Positions 1 to 11,470 of a stretch of 64,000 nucleotides of DNA are shown here, in pieces. Origin of the DNA: an uncultured Phycisphaerales bacterium. Lineage in GTDB: Bacteria; Planctomycetota; Phycisphaerae; Tepidisphaerales; Tepidisphaeraceae. Both the position numbers and the translations under genes were made by a program. Position 1 is the stretch's first letter. The number at the start of each line of letters is the position of its first letter. The notes under the pieces were generated by a model, which was not told the origin of the DNA, made no database searches, and was given only the letters and a program-made list of their open reading frames with translations. The stretch lies in assembly GCA_963755915.1 (NCBI GenBank), contig CAVWLP010000003.1, positions 1,408,001-1,472,000 on the forward strand, in the 5' to 3' direction.

Positions 1-252
1 CGGACGCCGAATGTGGTGCTGCTGGACCTGATGCTGCCGGACATCACCGGGTTTGAAGTTTGCGAGAAACTGAAGCGGGAGGCGCGGACCGCGGAAATTC
101 CGGTGATCATGGTGACGGCGCTGGCGGATGAGCAAAGCCGGCAACGGGGCATGGCCGCAGGGGCGTATGCTTATGTGACCAAGCCGTATGATCCGAACCA
201 TCTGATCGAAGTGATCCACAAGGCGGCGAAGAAGTCGGCGCTGGCGGCTTAG
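1..252 (+). CDS. Response regulator receiver-domain protein (5' truncated by window edge)
   Basis: VLLDLMLPDITGFEVC (phospho-Asp), IPVIMVTA, GAYAYVTKP receiver motifs. Confidence 0.85.
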   Translation, partial: RTPNVVLLDLMLPDITGFEVCEKLKREARTAEIPVIMVTALADEQSRQRGMAAGAYAYVTKPYDPNHLIEVIHKAAKKSALAA

Positions 253-363
253 ATTTCGCGCAAAAAAGTTCAATATCCTTATCGGCACTTCTGTTTCGCT
301 CGATTCCCGATATACTGCTGCTGCCCGGATGGATCCGGCCGGACCCCTTAATCGGTCATTCGC

Positions 364-1603
364 ATGGATGCGAAAAACTCTCTTGGTGAGCCGCGGTGCC
401 TGATATCACGGGCGGCAATCCTTCATAATATTGGGCTGATTCGAAGGGCGATCGCGCCGGAGGTGAAAATCTGCGCGGTGGTGAAGGCGGACGCGTATGG
501 GCACGACGCGGACATCGTGGTGGATACGCTGTGCAATTTCGCCAGCGGGGAATCGGAGCCGCCGATGGTGGATGCGCTGGCGGTGGCGGATATCGACGAG
601 GCGGCGGGGTTGATGGCGTGCGATCTGCCGGTGATGGTGCTGCGGCCGGTGGAGAATGCGTATCTGGGCAGCCAGCGGGCGAGGCTGGAGGCGGCGTGCC
701 GGCATGGGTGGGTGCTTTCGATCGCATCGTCGCGCGGCAGCTCAGGATTTGGCGCGGATCGCGGAGAACCGGGGGCAGCGGGCCAACGTGCAGGTGATGG
801 TCAATACCGGGCTGAATCGGGCGGGGGTTGATCCGGGGGAATTTGCGGCGCTGATGGACAAGATAACTTCGCTGCCGGCGCTGCGGCTGCTGGGGGTGGC
901 GACGCATTTTGCCTCGTCGGATGAGCCGGGGAATCCGCTCAATGGGGAACAGCTTGCACGGTTTCTGTCGGCGACGGCGAATTTCTGGACGGGGCGGCCC
1001 TCGCGGCCGATGCTGCAGCGCGGCGAATTCCGGCGGGGTCTTCTTCCAGCAGCAGTCGCACCTGGACATGGTTCGGCCCGGCATCAGCATTTACGGGATT
1101 GATCCGACGTGCCGGCCCAGCGTAGACCGCACGCTGCGGCCGGCGATGAAATGGACGGCGCCGCTGATCGCGATCCATGATGTGCCGGCGGGGCGCAGGT
1201 GGGATACAACCAGACCTGGACGGCGCCGAGCGCGACGCGGCTGGGGCTGATTCCGATCGGGTATGCGGATGGATATCCGCGGGCGCTTTCGAATATCGGG
1301 ACGATGATGGTGGGCGGGCAGCCGGCGCAAGTGGCGGGACGCGTGAGCATGGATTTGCTGGTGATCGATTTACAAAATGCGCCGGGGGCGACGATCGGGG
1401 ATGAGGTGACGGTGATGGACAGCGATCCGCTTTCACTGGCCAGCGTTTATCGGATGGCGGAGCTTTGCGGGACGATTCCGTACGAGATTTTTTGTCGGAT
1501 CGGATCGCGCGTGCGGAGGGTGGCGGTGGAGGATTTTGGGGTGAGGAGCGGGGAGAGTGCGGAAATGGAGCAGCAGTTTTCGGGGGATGAATCAGAGTTT
1601 TGA
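364..1603 (+). CDS. alr: Alanine racemase (split by about 3 frameshifts, probably sequencing errors)
   Basis: AVVKADAYGH (PLP Lys), VNTGLNRAG, ATHFASSD, AANSGG, VRPGISIYG, PIGYADGY, GRVSMD and GTIPYE motifs are spread over four overlapping ORFs. Confidence 0.92.
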
Positions 1604-3474
1604 TCCGTTGGATTTCCAGGGGCGCCACGAGACTGCCGGCTCGGCTGGAATCATGTCATCCAATACGCGGCGCTGAGCGCGGAGGATATCGCTTCGGGTG
1701 ATGATGCCGATCGGCTTGCGCGGATTGGCGGGATCGACGACGACCAGGCGGCCGACATCGTGATGGATCATTTCGTTGGCGGCATCGCGAAGATGGGCTT
1801 CAGGTGAGATTGTGATGGGCGCACGGGCGATCAATTCGCGGGCGAGGCGCGTCCGTCGGCGCCCGGCTTGTGAAAGTCACGAAGCGTGAGAACGCCGAGA
1901 AGATTGCCCTGGGCGTCGGCGACGGGATATCCCTGGTGGGTCCAGCCGGGTTCGCGGGCGAAAAGTTTCTGGCGGATGAGCGGCACGGGCTCATCGGCAG
2001 AAATGACGGTAACCCCGGAAGAAACGGCCTGGGAGACCCTCAGATGCGCAAGAAGATCGGAGGAATATTCGGAGGGCACATCCACGCCGCGGCGGGCGAT
2101 TTTTTCGGTCATGATCGTGTTGCGCATGAGGAGGCAGGAGACGAGATAGCCCATGGTGCAGCCGCCGAGCAGGGGCAGGAGGCTTAGAGGCTGGAGAGTG
2201 GTTTCATAAGCGAAGACGGTTGAGGCGAGGAGGGCTCGCGACGCCCCGGCGAACATTGCGGCCATGCCGATGAGCGCGGCAATGTGCAGATCGACGCCCG
2301 CGAAGGGGCAAATTCTTTTTGCGGCGGCGCCGAAGAGGAATCCCAGGCATCCGCCGATGGTGAAGAGGGGAGCGAGGGTTCCGCCGGAGGTTCCGCTGCC
2401 GAGCGCAATCGCCCAGGAGACGAATTTGAGGATGCAAAGCGTGGCCGCCAGTTCGAGCGTTGTGCGCGACATCAGGACATCACTGATGTTTTCGTAGCCT
2501 ACGCCGAGGGTACGCGGGGCGAAGTATCCGATGATTCCGACCGGGATCGCGCCGATTGCGGGCCACCACATCCAGTGAACGGGGAGCTTTTCGAAGAGGT
2601 CTTCGATGGTGTAGACGGCGCGGGTAACGAAGACCGAAGCGAGGCCGATCAGTGCGCCGAGCAGCAGATAGATCGCCATTGCCGGCAGGGAAGGATGGAT
2701 GATTTGCGGCAACTGGAAGACGGGGTAGGGCATGTGGAGGGAGAATCGCGTGCCGGTGGCCGCGGTGCTGGCCAGAGCGACGGGAATGAAGGATCGGGGG
2801 CGGAATTCGAAGAGGAGCAGTTCGACGGCGAGCAGTACGGCGGAGACAGGCGTGCCGAAGATGGCGGCCATTCCCGCGGCAGCGCCGGCAGCCAAGAGCG
2901 TTTTGCGCTCGATGGCGGTGGTGCGAAGGATTTGTCCGATGAGCGATCCGAGCGCTCCCCCGGTCGCGATAATGGGGCCTTCGGCGCCGAAGGGGCCGCC
3001 GGTTCCGATGGCGATGGCCGCGGAGAGGGGCTTGAGGAAAGTGAGGCGGGCGGGAACTCGGCTCTGGTGAAGGAGGACGCGTTCCATCGCTTCGGGGATT
3101 CCGTGGCCGCGGATTCCGGTCGAACCGTAGCGGGCCATCAGGCCGACCAGGATCGCGCCAACGACGGGAACCGCGACGACCCACCAGCCGAGATGATTGC
3201 CGGTTGGGGCGGTGAGTACGGGGGTGAGCGTTCCGAAAAAGCTGATGCCGGTGATGACGCCGATGAGCCAGACCAGGGCCTTGGCGACGAAGGCGGAAAT
3301 TACGCCGAGGAAGATGCTGAGCAGTGAGATGAACAGGACACGGCCGTCGACGAGCGAGCTTCGAAACGGGGTTTGGACGGCGCGCAGCGCCGGACCCATG
3401 GATGGAGAGACCGGAAGGGCTTCGGTGGTGCTCGCCTGCTCGAGCGGATGATCGGGATTCACGGTCGGAGTCAT
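1592..3474 (-). CDS. CLC-family chloride channel/transporter with C-terminal CBS pair (frameshift near 1845)
   Basis: GHGIPE, GAEGP and GGTLAP motifs, many TM helices; CBS domains continue in ORF 1592..1834 (GIITRSDIL). Confidence 0.9.
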
Positions 3475-3968
3475 ATTTTCTTTCCTCTCCGATGCTTGTC
3501 CTCAAAAAACAGCGCTGGCTTGCCGGCATCGATGCCGGTTTTGTGGATCATCTCCTGCAGCAAATCCGCGAGAAGCCGGCGCCGGCGCGGCTGAAAATCC
3601 GCCAGGGCCCGGATCATCCGTTCCTGCGCCGCGGCGGGCGCCGTCCGCAGCAGCCGCTTTCCGGCCGGAGCCAGGGATAATTGCACGCTTCTTGCGTCTT
3701 TTTCCGAGCGGGCGCGGTTCACCAGACCGCGATGAACCAGCTTGTCGACGACGACGGACACCGAGCTTTGATGGGTGTGGGTGCGATCGGCAAGTTCGTT
3801 GACGGAGATTCCGCCAGCGCCGTCGAGCTGGCGGAGGACGAAGAGCTGGGCGCCGGAGATGCCCAGGCGCGACTCGGCCTCGCGGTCGAAGAGCCGCAGG
3901 GCGCTGACGATCCGGCGGATGGAGTCCAGGACATTGCGGATGTCGCGGGTATTTGTATGGGTTCCCAT
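3471..3968 (-). CDS. MarR-family transcriptional regulator, co-transcribed with the CLC gene
   Basis: Winged HTH SVNELADRTHTHQSSVSVVVDKL..GLV.R...DAR; stop overlaps the CLC start by 4 bp. Confidence 0.9.
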   Translation of the reverse strand: MGTHTNTRDIRNVLDSIRRIVSALRLFDREAESRLGISGAQLFVLRQLDGAGGISVNELADRTHTHQSSVSVVVDKLVHRGLVNRARSEKDARSVQLSLAPAGKRLLRTAPAAAQERMIRALADFQPRRRRLLADLLQEMIHKTGIDAGKPALFFEDKHRRGKKI

Positions 3969-4047
3969 ATATTTACTGATCGGATTTTAGGCTGCGTAAA
4001 TTTATTTTCAAATGGGATGTGTATTGGGGTATGAGGCTGCGGTATTT

Positions 4048-4173
4048 CCCCCTCTCCTGGTACTCCGGGAGAGGGTTGGGGTGAGGGCCTTGCGAAATCT
4101 AGATCAACTTACGGCGCGGGAATTTTAGTCTGGCCCTCACCCTAACCCTCTCCCAGAGTACTGGGAGAGGGGA
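4048..4173. repeat. REP-like inverted pair of palindromic units
   Basis: 4048-4089 CCCCCTCTCCTGGTACTCCGGGAGAGGGTTGGGGTGAGGGCC and its near reverse complement at 4132-4173; each arm has an internal CCCTCTCC...GGAGAGGG hairpin. Confidence 0.8.
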
Positions 4174-4203
4174 TAAGAGAGGCTTAGAGGGAAAAGGCGG
4201 TGA

Positions 4204-5713
<1,510 letters not shown>

Positions 5714-5736
5714 AAAACGATACTCCCTATCTTGTC

Positions 5737-6240
5737 CTACTGAAGAAACGACCTGGCCCAGTCGGTCATCGGACCGGTGGGAAATTTTTCGACATATATT
5801 TTGAAGAGCTCAAGCGTACGATTGCGCAGCACTCCGCCGCGAATATTTGGGACGCGGTATGCGGGGAAGGCGTGAGTCTTTGGGGACCATTGTTTCAGGA
5901 GACCGACAGCGCCGTCTCCCGGGGAATCCAGTCCATAGCAGACGTTGCCGATGAAGGCTGACATCGTCGCCCCCATGCACATGAGGCAGGGCTCGAGATT
6001 CACGTATAGCGTTGCGTCGCGGCGCCGGCCGGGGAATGGCCGCAGCCGGTCGGCGGCTTCCAGGGCGAGCAAATCGGCGTGAATGAGGAATCGGCCCTGG
6101 GTTTTTTCCTGGGTGTGTGCCGAGGCGATCACCTTGCCGTCGGATACGACAACCGCTCCGATGGGCAGCTCGCCTTTTTCCAGCCCGGCCTCGGCGACCG
6201 CCAGGGCCTGCTGCATGAAATGTTCATCACTGGTCATCAT
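5737..6240 (-). CDS. Zn-dependent nucleoside/nucleotide deaminase (TadA/CDA fold), HAD variant
   Basis: FMQQAL..A....[13 protein letters not shown] in place of HAE, EPCLMC. Confidence 0.8.
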   Translation of the reverse strand: MMTSDEHFMQQALAVAEAGLEKGELPIGAVVVSDGKVIASAHTQEKTQGRFLIHADLLALEAADRLRPFPGRRRDATLYVNLEPCLMCMGATMSAFIGNVCYGLDSPGDGAVGLLKQWSPKTHAFPAYRVPNIRGGVLRNRTLELFKIYVEKFPTGPMTDWARSFLQ

Positions 6241-6250
6241 CTCGACTGCC

Positions 6251-7024
6251 TTACAAGGTCTGGTTGGGTTGAACCGCCACCGGCAGAATATCAAAGCCGC
6301 CGGCCGGAAGTGCGGGCCGTACATTGGGGGACATTTTCCATCGCAGAATTTTATAGACCGAATATCCGGCGATGATGGGCACTAAAGTCGTAAGGGCACC
6401 CTGCAATTCGATGTTTGTCTTTCCCGGAACAAAAGGAAAAAACTTGTCGAGAACCTCGGAAGACTCGAGCCAGACAACGAATCCAAGCACACGGCAGAAA
6501 GTGTTGACGCGATATTGATGGCCCATCGGTTCATCGTATTCATTCACCGGATCGGCAAGCCGGGCCGCGGCGATAATCCAGTGGGACAGTTTGCGATAGG
6601 CGACCGCTGCAAGGATCAGGTAAAGAACCGATGAGACACCCTCGATGGTGGCGCGACATTTCTCCGGTACCTGGGCGTCGAGACAATATTCCAGCAGCGC
6701 AACTACCGCGAGCAATGTCCGGACGCTGAGACAAAACGCAAGCAGCGCGAGCGAAAATGCAAGGGTGAAGCGGACAGTCGAGGCATTCCAGCGTGTCCAA
6801 AGCCGATATGCCGACCAATAGCCGGCGATAAGAATCGCCCCTGCCGTCATAACCAGGAAGAGAAGAAGTACGAATCCGATCAAATCAAAAGGTTTCGCGG
6901 GCTGGGGTAATTCGCTGATAATCCAGCGAACCAGCAGCCAAGTGAAACGGATAAGAATCGCGGTGAGCAACAGTGATGCTCCGCGCGCCCCGATCTGCCA
7001 TGCTCTTTTTCGGTCAACTGGCAT
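6251..7024 (-). CDS. Hypothetical membrane protein (about 6 TM)
   Basis: 257-aa hydrophobic ORF filling the gap between the regulator and the deaminase; start overlaps the upstream stop. Confidence 0.6.
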   Translation of the reverse strand: MPVDRKRAWQIGARGASLLLTAILIRFTWLLVRWIISELPQPAKPFDLIGFVLLLFLVMTAGAILIAGYWSAYRLWTRWNASTVRFTLAFSLALLAFCLSVRTLLAVVALLEYCLDAQVPEKCRATIEGVSSVLYLILAAVAYRKLSHWIIAAARLADPVNEYDEPMGHQYRVNTFCRVLGFVVWLESSEVLDKFFPFVPGKTNIELQGALTTLVPIIAGYSVYKILRWKMSPNVRPALPAGGFDILPVAVQPNQTL

Positions 7025-7982
7025 GGGAATCCGTCGGCTTGGTGGCCGTTGAAATAAACAGTGCCGGTCCCTTCACATTCGCCTCGGGCGCTAATGGAAG
7101 CGCCGCGATGGTCTTTATGCCCGCCTGGGAAGACCAGCGCCGAACCTGTTCAAGATCGAACCCTGGCCAATGCTGGTTCATCTGCCGGCGGAAATCGTCG
7201 CGGTCGTGCGGAAGCAGATCGACAATCACGGCCTTTCCGCCGGGCTTGAGAATCCGCCCCGCTTCTGCGACGGCGGTTGCGGGATCGAGGATATAGGTCA
7301 GAGCCAGAACCACCAGGGCGGCATCGCACGATGCGCTTTCGATGGGAAGGCTGGTCAATTCGCCGCGAATCAGCTCGACGTTGGGATAATCCGCCAGCCG
7401 GCGGCGGGCGTCTTTGAGCATGGCCTGGGAATTGTCCACTCCGATGATCCGCCCCACGAACGGCGCCAATTCCGCCGAGATCGGCCCGGTGCCGCAGCCC
7501 AGATCGGCGACAACCATGTTCTGATCGAGAAGGGCGAAACCGGCGGCGGACGAAAAATGATTGCCGTAAAGCTGGGCACGCAGGTTGTCCCACTGGGCGG
7601 CAGCGCCCGCGAAGAAGGACTGGCTGCTGCTGCGGCGCTGGAGGAGTCGCTGGAGGCGGAGCTGGTCTTGGGCGGTCGTCGCCCAGCGGTCGATCTGCTC
7701 GCGGGAAACGAGCCAGAGCCGCCGGGCGGCGGGGTCGAGCTCGTCCAGCAGGGTCCGGTAAAGATGGGTGGTGCCGTCGCGGCGGGCGCGAACCCAGCCG
7801 AGGTCGGCGAGCACTTTCAGATGCCGGCTGACGGTGGACTGGGGCAGTTGGAGAACGTCGCAAAGCTCGGCCACGCCGAGCTCCTGACGATCCAGGACGC
7901 GCAAAATCCGCAGGCGAGTGGCGTCGGCTAGACCTCCCAGCCATCCGAGAACCAGATCGGGTTGTTCGAGCTGTGATTCCAT
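7014..7982 (-). CDS. ArsR HTH + SAM-methyltransferase domain regulator (SahR-like)
   Basis: LADATRLRIL...QSTVSRHLKVL ArsR HTH; VADLGCGTG SAM motif; lies upstream of ahcY in the same direction, the known SahR context. Confidence 0.88.
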   Translation of the reverse strand: MESQLEQPDLVLGWLGGLADATRLRILRVLDRQELGVAELCDVLQLPQSTVSRHLKVLADLGWVRARRDGTTHLYRTLLDELDPAARRLWLVSREQIDRWATTAQDQLRLQRLLQRRSSSQSFFAGAAAQWDNLRAQLYGNHFSSAAGFALLDQNMVVADLGCGTGPISAELAPFVGRIIGVDNSQAMLKDARRRLADYPNVELIRGELTSLPIESASCDAALVVLALTYILDPATAVAEAGRILKPGGKAVIVDLLPHDRDDFRRQMNQHWPGFDLEQVRRWSSQAGIKTIAALPLAPEANVKGPALFISTATKPTDSHAS

Positions 7983-7998
7983 CCGTCAATCCGCATAA

Positions 7999-8026
7999 TA
8001 AGATACATTATCCTTATGCCCCGTCA
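7999..8026 (-). promoter_or_regulatory. Candidate sigma70 promoter of the sahR-ahcY operon
   Basis: Minus strand TTGACG-16 nt-TATCTT in an AT-rich stretch about 17 bp upstream of the start codon. Confidence 0.35.
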
Positions 8027-8275
8027 ATATCGTATTATTAGTATATAAGCCACCGGCGAGACGGAGTTGTCAATTGCCGGCGCGGGGCCCAGCGTCGAAT
8101 ATTCAACGGGCACACCGATTGCTTCACCGTTGAAAAAGAGGCAGGGTCGCAAGTCGCAATGACTACTAACTGTGCAATTGCCCAACGCACGGAGGCGCGG
8201 CAAGCGCGACCTGCATAGTTAAAACGTAGGGTAAGGTAGCTTGTACCAAGGTGATGGATTACCGGAGTACCTGAC

Positions 8276-9556
8276 ATGAGCGATCGACACTTTAGATACC
8301 TATTGATCGGCGGCGGAGTTGCGGCCAGCGAAGCCGCAAAGGCCATTCGCGAGATTGACCGTGAGGGTGATCTACTTATGGTGGCGCAAGAGATCAACCG
8401 CCCATATTTCCGCCCGCCGCTCAGCAAGCAATTCCTCCGCTCTCCGGGCAATCGCGAAGCGCTCTTCACCCAGCGCGCCGAATGGTTCAACGACCACCGC
8501 GTGCAGCTTCGGACCGGGCGGCGGGCGGCGCACCTCGATACGACGCGGAATTCGGTGACGCTGGATAATGGCGAGGGCGTGTCGTTTGACCGCCTTCTGA
8601 TCGCCACCGGCGGTACCGCGCGGGCGCTGGATATTCCCGGATCGCATCTGCCCAACCTGTATTATCTTCGAACTCTCGAAGACGCGGACCATCTGCAACT
8701 GGCGATGGCCAAGGCCAAAGCCGGTGGGCAGGCGCAGCGCGCGGGGCGCGGTCGCGTAGCGATTATCGGGGGCGGGCTGCTTGGCGTCGAGTTGGCCGGA
8801 ACGCTGACCGAGGCCGGCTTGCATGTCGACCTTGCATTTCCGGACGAGCATCCCTGGCGCCGGATCGCCGGCGAAACCGCCGGGCGCAGCATTTCGCGAA
8901 TCCTGGAAGCACGCGGCGTGTCGGTCCATCGCAACGACCGGGCCTTCCGCCTGGAAGGCGACGGCCGCGTGCAGCGCGTGACCCTGGCATCCGGCCAAAC
9001 CTTCCCCTGCGATTTCGCGGTGGCGGCGGTGGGAATCACGATTCACAAAGACCTCCTGCGCGGCACGCCCATCGCGGCCGAGCAGGCGATCCTCGCCGAC
9101 AGCTCCTGCCGAACCAGCGTGCGCGACATCTTCGCCGCCGGCGACTGCGCGGCACTTTTTGACCCGCTCTTCGGCAAGCACCGTACATTGCACCACTGCG
9201 ACAGCGCCGCAAAAACCGGCCGGATCGCTGGGATCAACATGGCCGGCGGCAGCGCCAAATTCGAATCGGCCAGCTATTTCGACAGCGAATTTTTGGGCCT
9301 GAAGGTCCGCGTCTGGGGCGAAGCCCGGGCGGTCGACCGGCGAATTTTTCGGGGCACCGCGAGTGCCGAGAATCCTGGCTTCATCGAATTCGGCGTGGCC
9401 GCCGATGGGCGGTTCGCCCAGATCATCGCGATGCAAACCCCGGAGCCGGACGAGCTTTTCGCCGGCGCGGTTGAGCGGAGATTGCAGATCAATGGGAATG
9501 AAGAGCAGCTTAAAGATCCGGCCGTTCCGCTGGAATCGATACTCATGCCTGGCTGA
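8276..9556 (+). CDS. FAD/NAD(P)-dependent oxidoreductase (ferredoxin-reductase-like)
   Basis: LIGGGVAA, RPPLSK, LLIATG, IIGGGLLGVE, IFAAGDCA. Confidence 0.9.
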   Translation: MSDRHFRYLLIGGGVAASEAAKAIREIDREGDLLMVAQEINRPYFRPPLSKQFLRSPGNREALFTQRAEWFNDHRVQLRTGRRAAHLDTTRNSVTLDNGEGVSFDRLLIATGGTARALDIPGSHLPNLYYLRTLEDADHLQLAMAKAKAGGQAQRAGRGRVAIIGGGLLGVELAGTLTEAGLHVDLAFPDEHPWRRIAGETAGRSISRILEARGVSVHRNDRAFRLEGDGRVQRVTLASGQTFPCDFAVAAVGITIHKDLLRGTPIAAEQAILADSSCRTSVRDIFAAGDCAALFDPLFGKHRTLHHCDSAAKTGRIAGINMAGGSAKFESASYFDSEFLGLKVRVWGEARAVDRRIFRGTASAENPGFIEFGVAADGRFAQIIAMQTPEPDELFAGAVERRLQINGNEEQLKDPAVPLESILMPG

Positions 9557-9566
9557 AATCCCGGCA

Positions 9567-9685
9567 GAAACCCGAAACCAGAAACCCGAAATCAGAATCA
9601 AACCAGAATGACCGAATGACGAATCGTCATTTGGGCTTCGTCATTTTGGCTTGATTCTGATTTCGGGTTTCTGGTTTCGGGTTTC
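9567..9685. repeat. Perfect 35-bp inverted repeat built of heptamer units
   Basis: GAAACCCGAAACCAGAAACCCGAAATCAGAATCAA (9567-9601) is the exact reverse complement of 9651-9685; inner AATGACGA/TCGTCATT hairpin. Confidence 0.9.
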
Positions 9686-9811
9686 GGGTTTGACTATTAT
9701 AAAACAGGCCGCCGGCGCGAAAAACGCTTTCGCTACCGGCGGTCTATTGAACAACGGGTTTGGGAAATCCGGACGGAGCCGGTTTGGGGCCGATGTCCGC
9801 CCGGTTTATTT

Positions 9812-10012
9812 TTACGGGTTATTCGGATTGTTGTTGGTGCTGTCAGACTGAGTCTTGGTCTCCGAATGCGAAATCACGTTGCCATTCGGATCGGTGACGG
9901 TCTGCTCCTGCACCTTCTGATGCTCGGCGGTGTCGTCGCTTTGACACCCGCAGAGGAATCCGCCGTAGGTCGAAAGAACCGCCGTTAACAAGGCCACTTT
10001 TAACGCTTTCAT
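9812..10012 (-). CDS. Small predicted lipoprotein
   Basis: MKALK + hydrophobic stretch + LCGC lipobox; GGAGG RBS upstream. Confidence 0.65.
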   Translation of the reverse strand: MKALKVALLTAVLSTYGGFLCGCQSDDTAEHQKVQEQTVTDPNGNVISHSETKTQSDSTNNNPNNP

Positions 10013-10166
10013 AATGCCTCCAAATCAGTTTGAACTGGGAGGGATTGAAACAAACGCAATGCCAGACGGGCCGAGCCCGGTTAATTCGCAAAAACACGTG
10101 GATTATCGCCAAAACGTCGTGTGGGGGTGCTAAAGGTGTCGCGTCGCTACGTCAAATCAGCCGGCG

Positions 10167-11423
10167 CTAAGCGAGGCGACGGGGGGCGGCTTCGGTGTCG
10201 GCGTCGAGAAAGCGCATGCCCCAGAGCCACAAGACGCCACCGATGAGCATCATTCCCGAGACGGCGACGAATCCCCAGCGCAAATCGGGATGGCCGTTGA
10301 TTGGCCTGGCGTGGTCACGGATGGTGCCGATAATTCCGGGCGAAATCGCGTCGCCGAACAGGTGGATGATCAGGATGTTGATCGCAAATGCCGAGGCTCG
10401 AATCGCCGGTGGGGTTGTGTTCGCCAGTGCCGTGTTGCTCGGCCCCGTGTTAAAGAAGAGACAGAAGACCGCGAAGAAAACGACCACCCACGCGAGGGGG
10501 AATGGGGTCACGAGCAGCAGGAGAAACAGCGGAAATCCGGCCAGCATTCCGATCCCGGAAACCAAAAAATAGCTGCCGGAAATTTTGTGACGGAGTTTAT
10601 CGCCGGCAATTCCGCCGCCGAGGGTCGCGATCAGTCCGGCCGCTACCAGGATCAAGCCGAAATACCAACCGGAATGTTCCGGGCTGAGGCCGCGATCGAC
10701 GGTGAGATAAGTCGGCATCCAGATGGCGACGCCGCCGATGGCGAACGTCATCGCCGTCATCGCGGCGGTGTTCACCAGGTAACTGGGGATTTTGAGGAGG
10801 ATGGCATACTGGTGCCAATCGGCCCGGCGGGTCGCGGCCTCGGCAACGTCGGCAGCGCCGCGCTGCGGCTCGCTCATCATAAAACAAGCCAACCCCAGCA
10901 GAATTCCCGGCGGCATGGTGAGGAGGAACGCGTAGTGCCATCGGCCGGGATGGTCGAAGTGGCTGCCAAGGATATATCCGAACGCGCTGCCGACGGGGAT
11001 CGCCGCATAAAACCAAGCGAGAACCTTCCCGCGCTCGGCGACGGGATAAAGATCGGAAATCAGCGTCGGCGCCACCGGCCCATAGGCCGCCTCCCCCACG
11101 CCGATCAGGCAGCGCGTCCCCAAAAGCATCGCATAGTATTGTGCGAGACCCGAAGCGCCGCTGGCCAAACTCCACAGCAAAACGCCGATGCCGATGAGCA
11201 GCCATCGTGAAAAACGGTCACCAAGCCAGCCGAAGATCGGCGAGAGGAGCATGTAGGTGAGCAGGAACGCCGTCGCCAGCCAGCCCATCGCCCCGCTGCT
11301 GACGCGGAACTGGAGGCGAATCGTCTCCTGCACGGAGGAGAGCACCTGGCGGTCCACGTAATTAAATAGATTGATGGCCAGGAGCAGAACGAGAGAGATT
11401 CGCGCTTGGCGGCGCTGGGACAT
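10167..11423 (-). CDS. MFS transporter (spinster-like)
   Basis: NLFNYVDR, GWLGDRFSR, GVGEAAY...APTLISDLYP..RG; about 12 TM. Confidence 0.9.
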   Translation of the reverse strand: MSQRRQARISLVLLLAINLFNYVDRQVLSSVQETIRLQFRVSSGAMGWLATAFLLTYMLLSPIFGWLGDRFSRWLLIGIGVLLWSLASGASGLAQYYAMLLGTRCLIGVGEAAYGPVAPTLISDLYPVAERGKVLAWFYAAIPVGSAFGYILGSHFDHPGRWHYAFLLTMPPGILLGLACFMMSEPQRGAADVAEAATRRADWHQYAILLKIPSYLVNTAAMTAMTFAIGGVAIWMPTYLTVDRGLSPEHSGWYFGLILVAAGLIATLGGGIAGDKLRHKISGSYFLVSGIGMLAGFPLFLLLLVTPFPLAWVVVFFAVFCLFFNTGPSNTALANTTPPAIRASAFAINILIIHLFGDAISPGIIGTIRDHARPINGHPDLRWGFVAVSGMMLIGGVLWLWGMRFLDADTEAAPRRLA

Positions 11424-11470
11424 GGAGACGAATCATGGTTGGGCCAGGGGAACCGTCAAGGGGGCGGCGG

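Noticed and set aside
1592-4040. Fluoride-specific CLC with fluoride riboswitch
   Set aside because: Motifs are GHGIPE/GAEGP, not GNNLI/GREGT, and no riboswitch is recognisable.
5714-5736. SAH riboswitch before ahcY
   Set aside because: Only 23 bp of intergenic space.
10051-10066. Sigma-54 promoter (TGGCATTGCGTTTGT, minus strand) for the small lipoprotein
   Set aside because: The -12 element is TTGT rather than TTGC; too weak alone.
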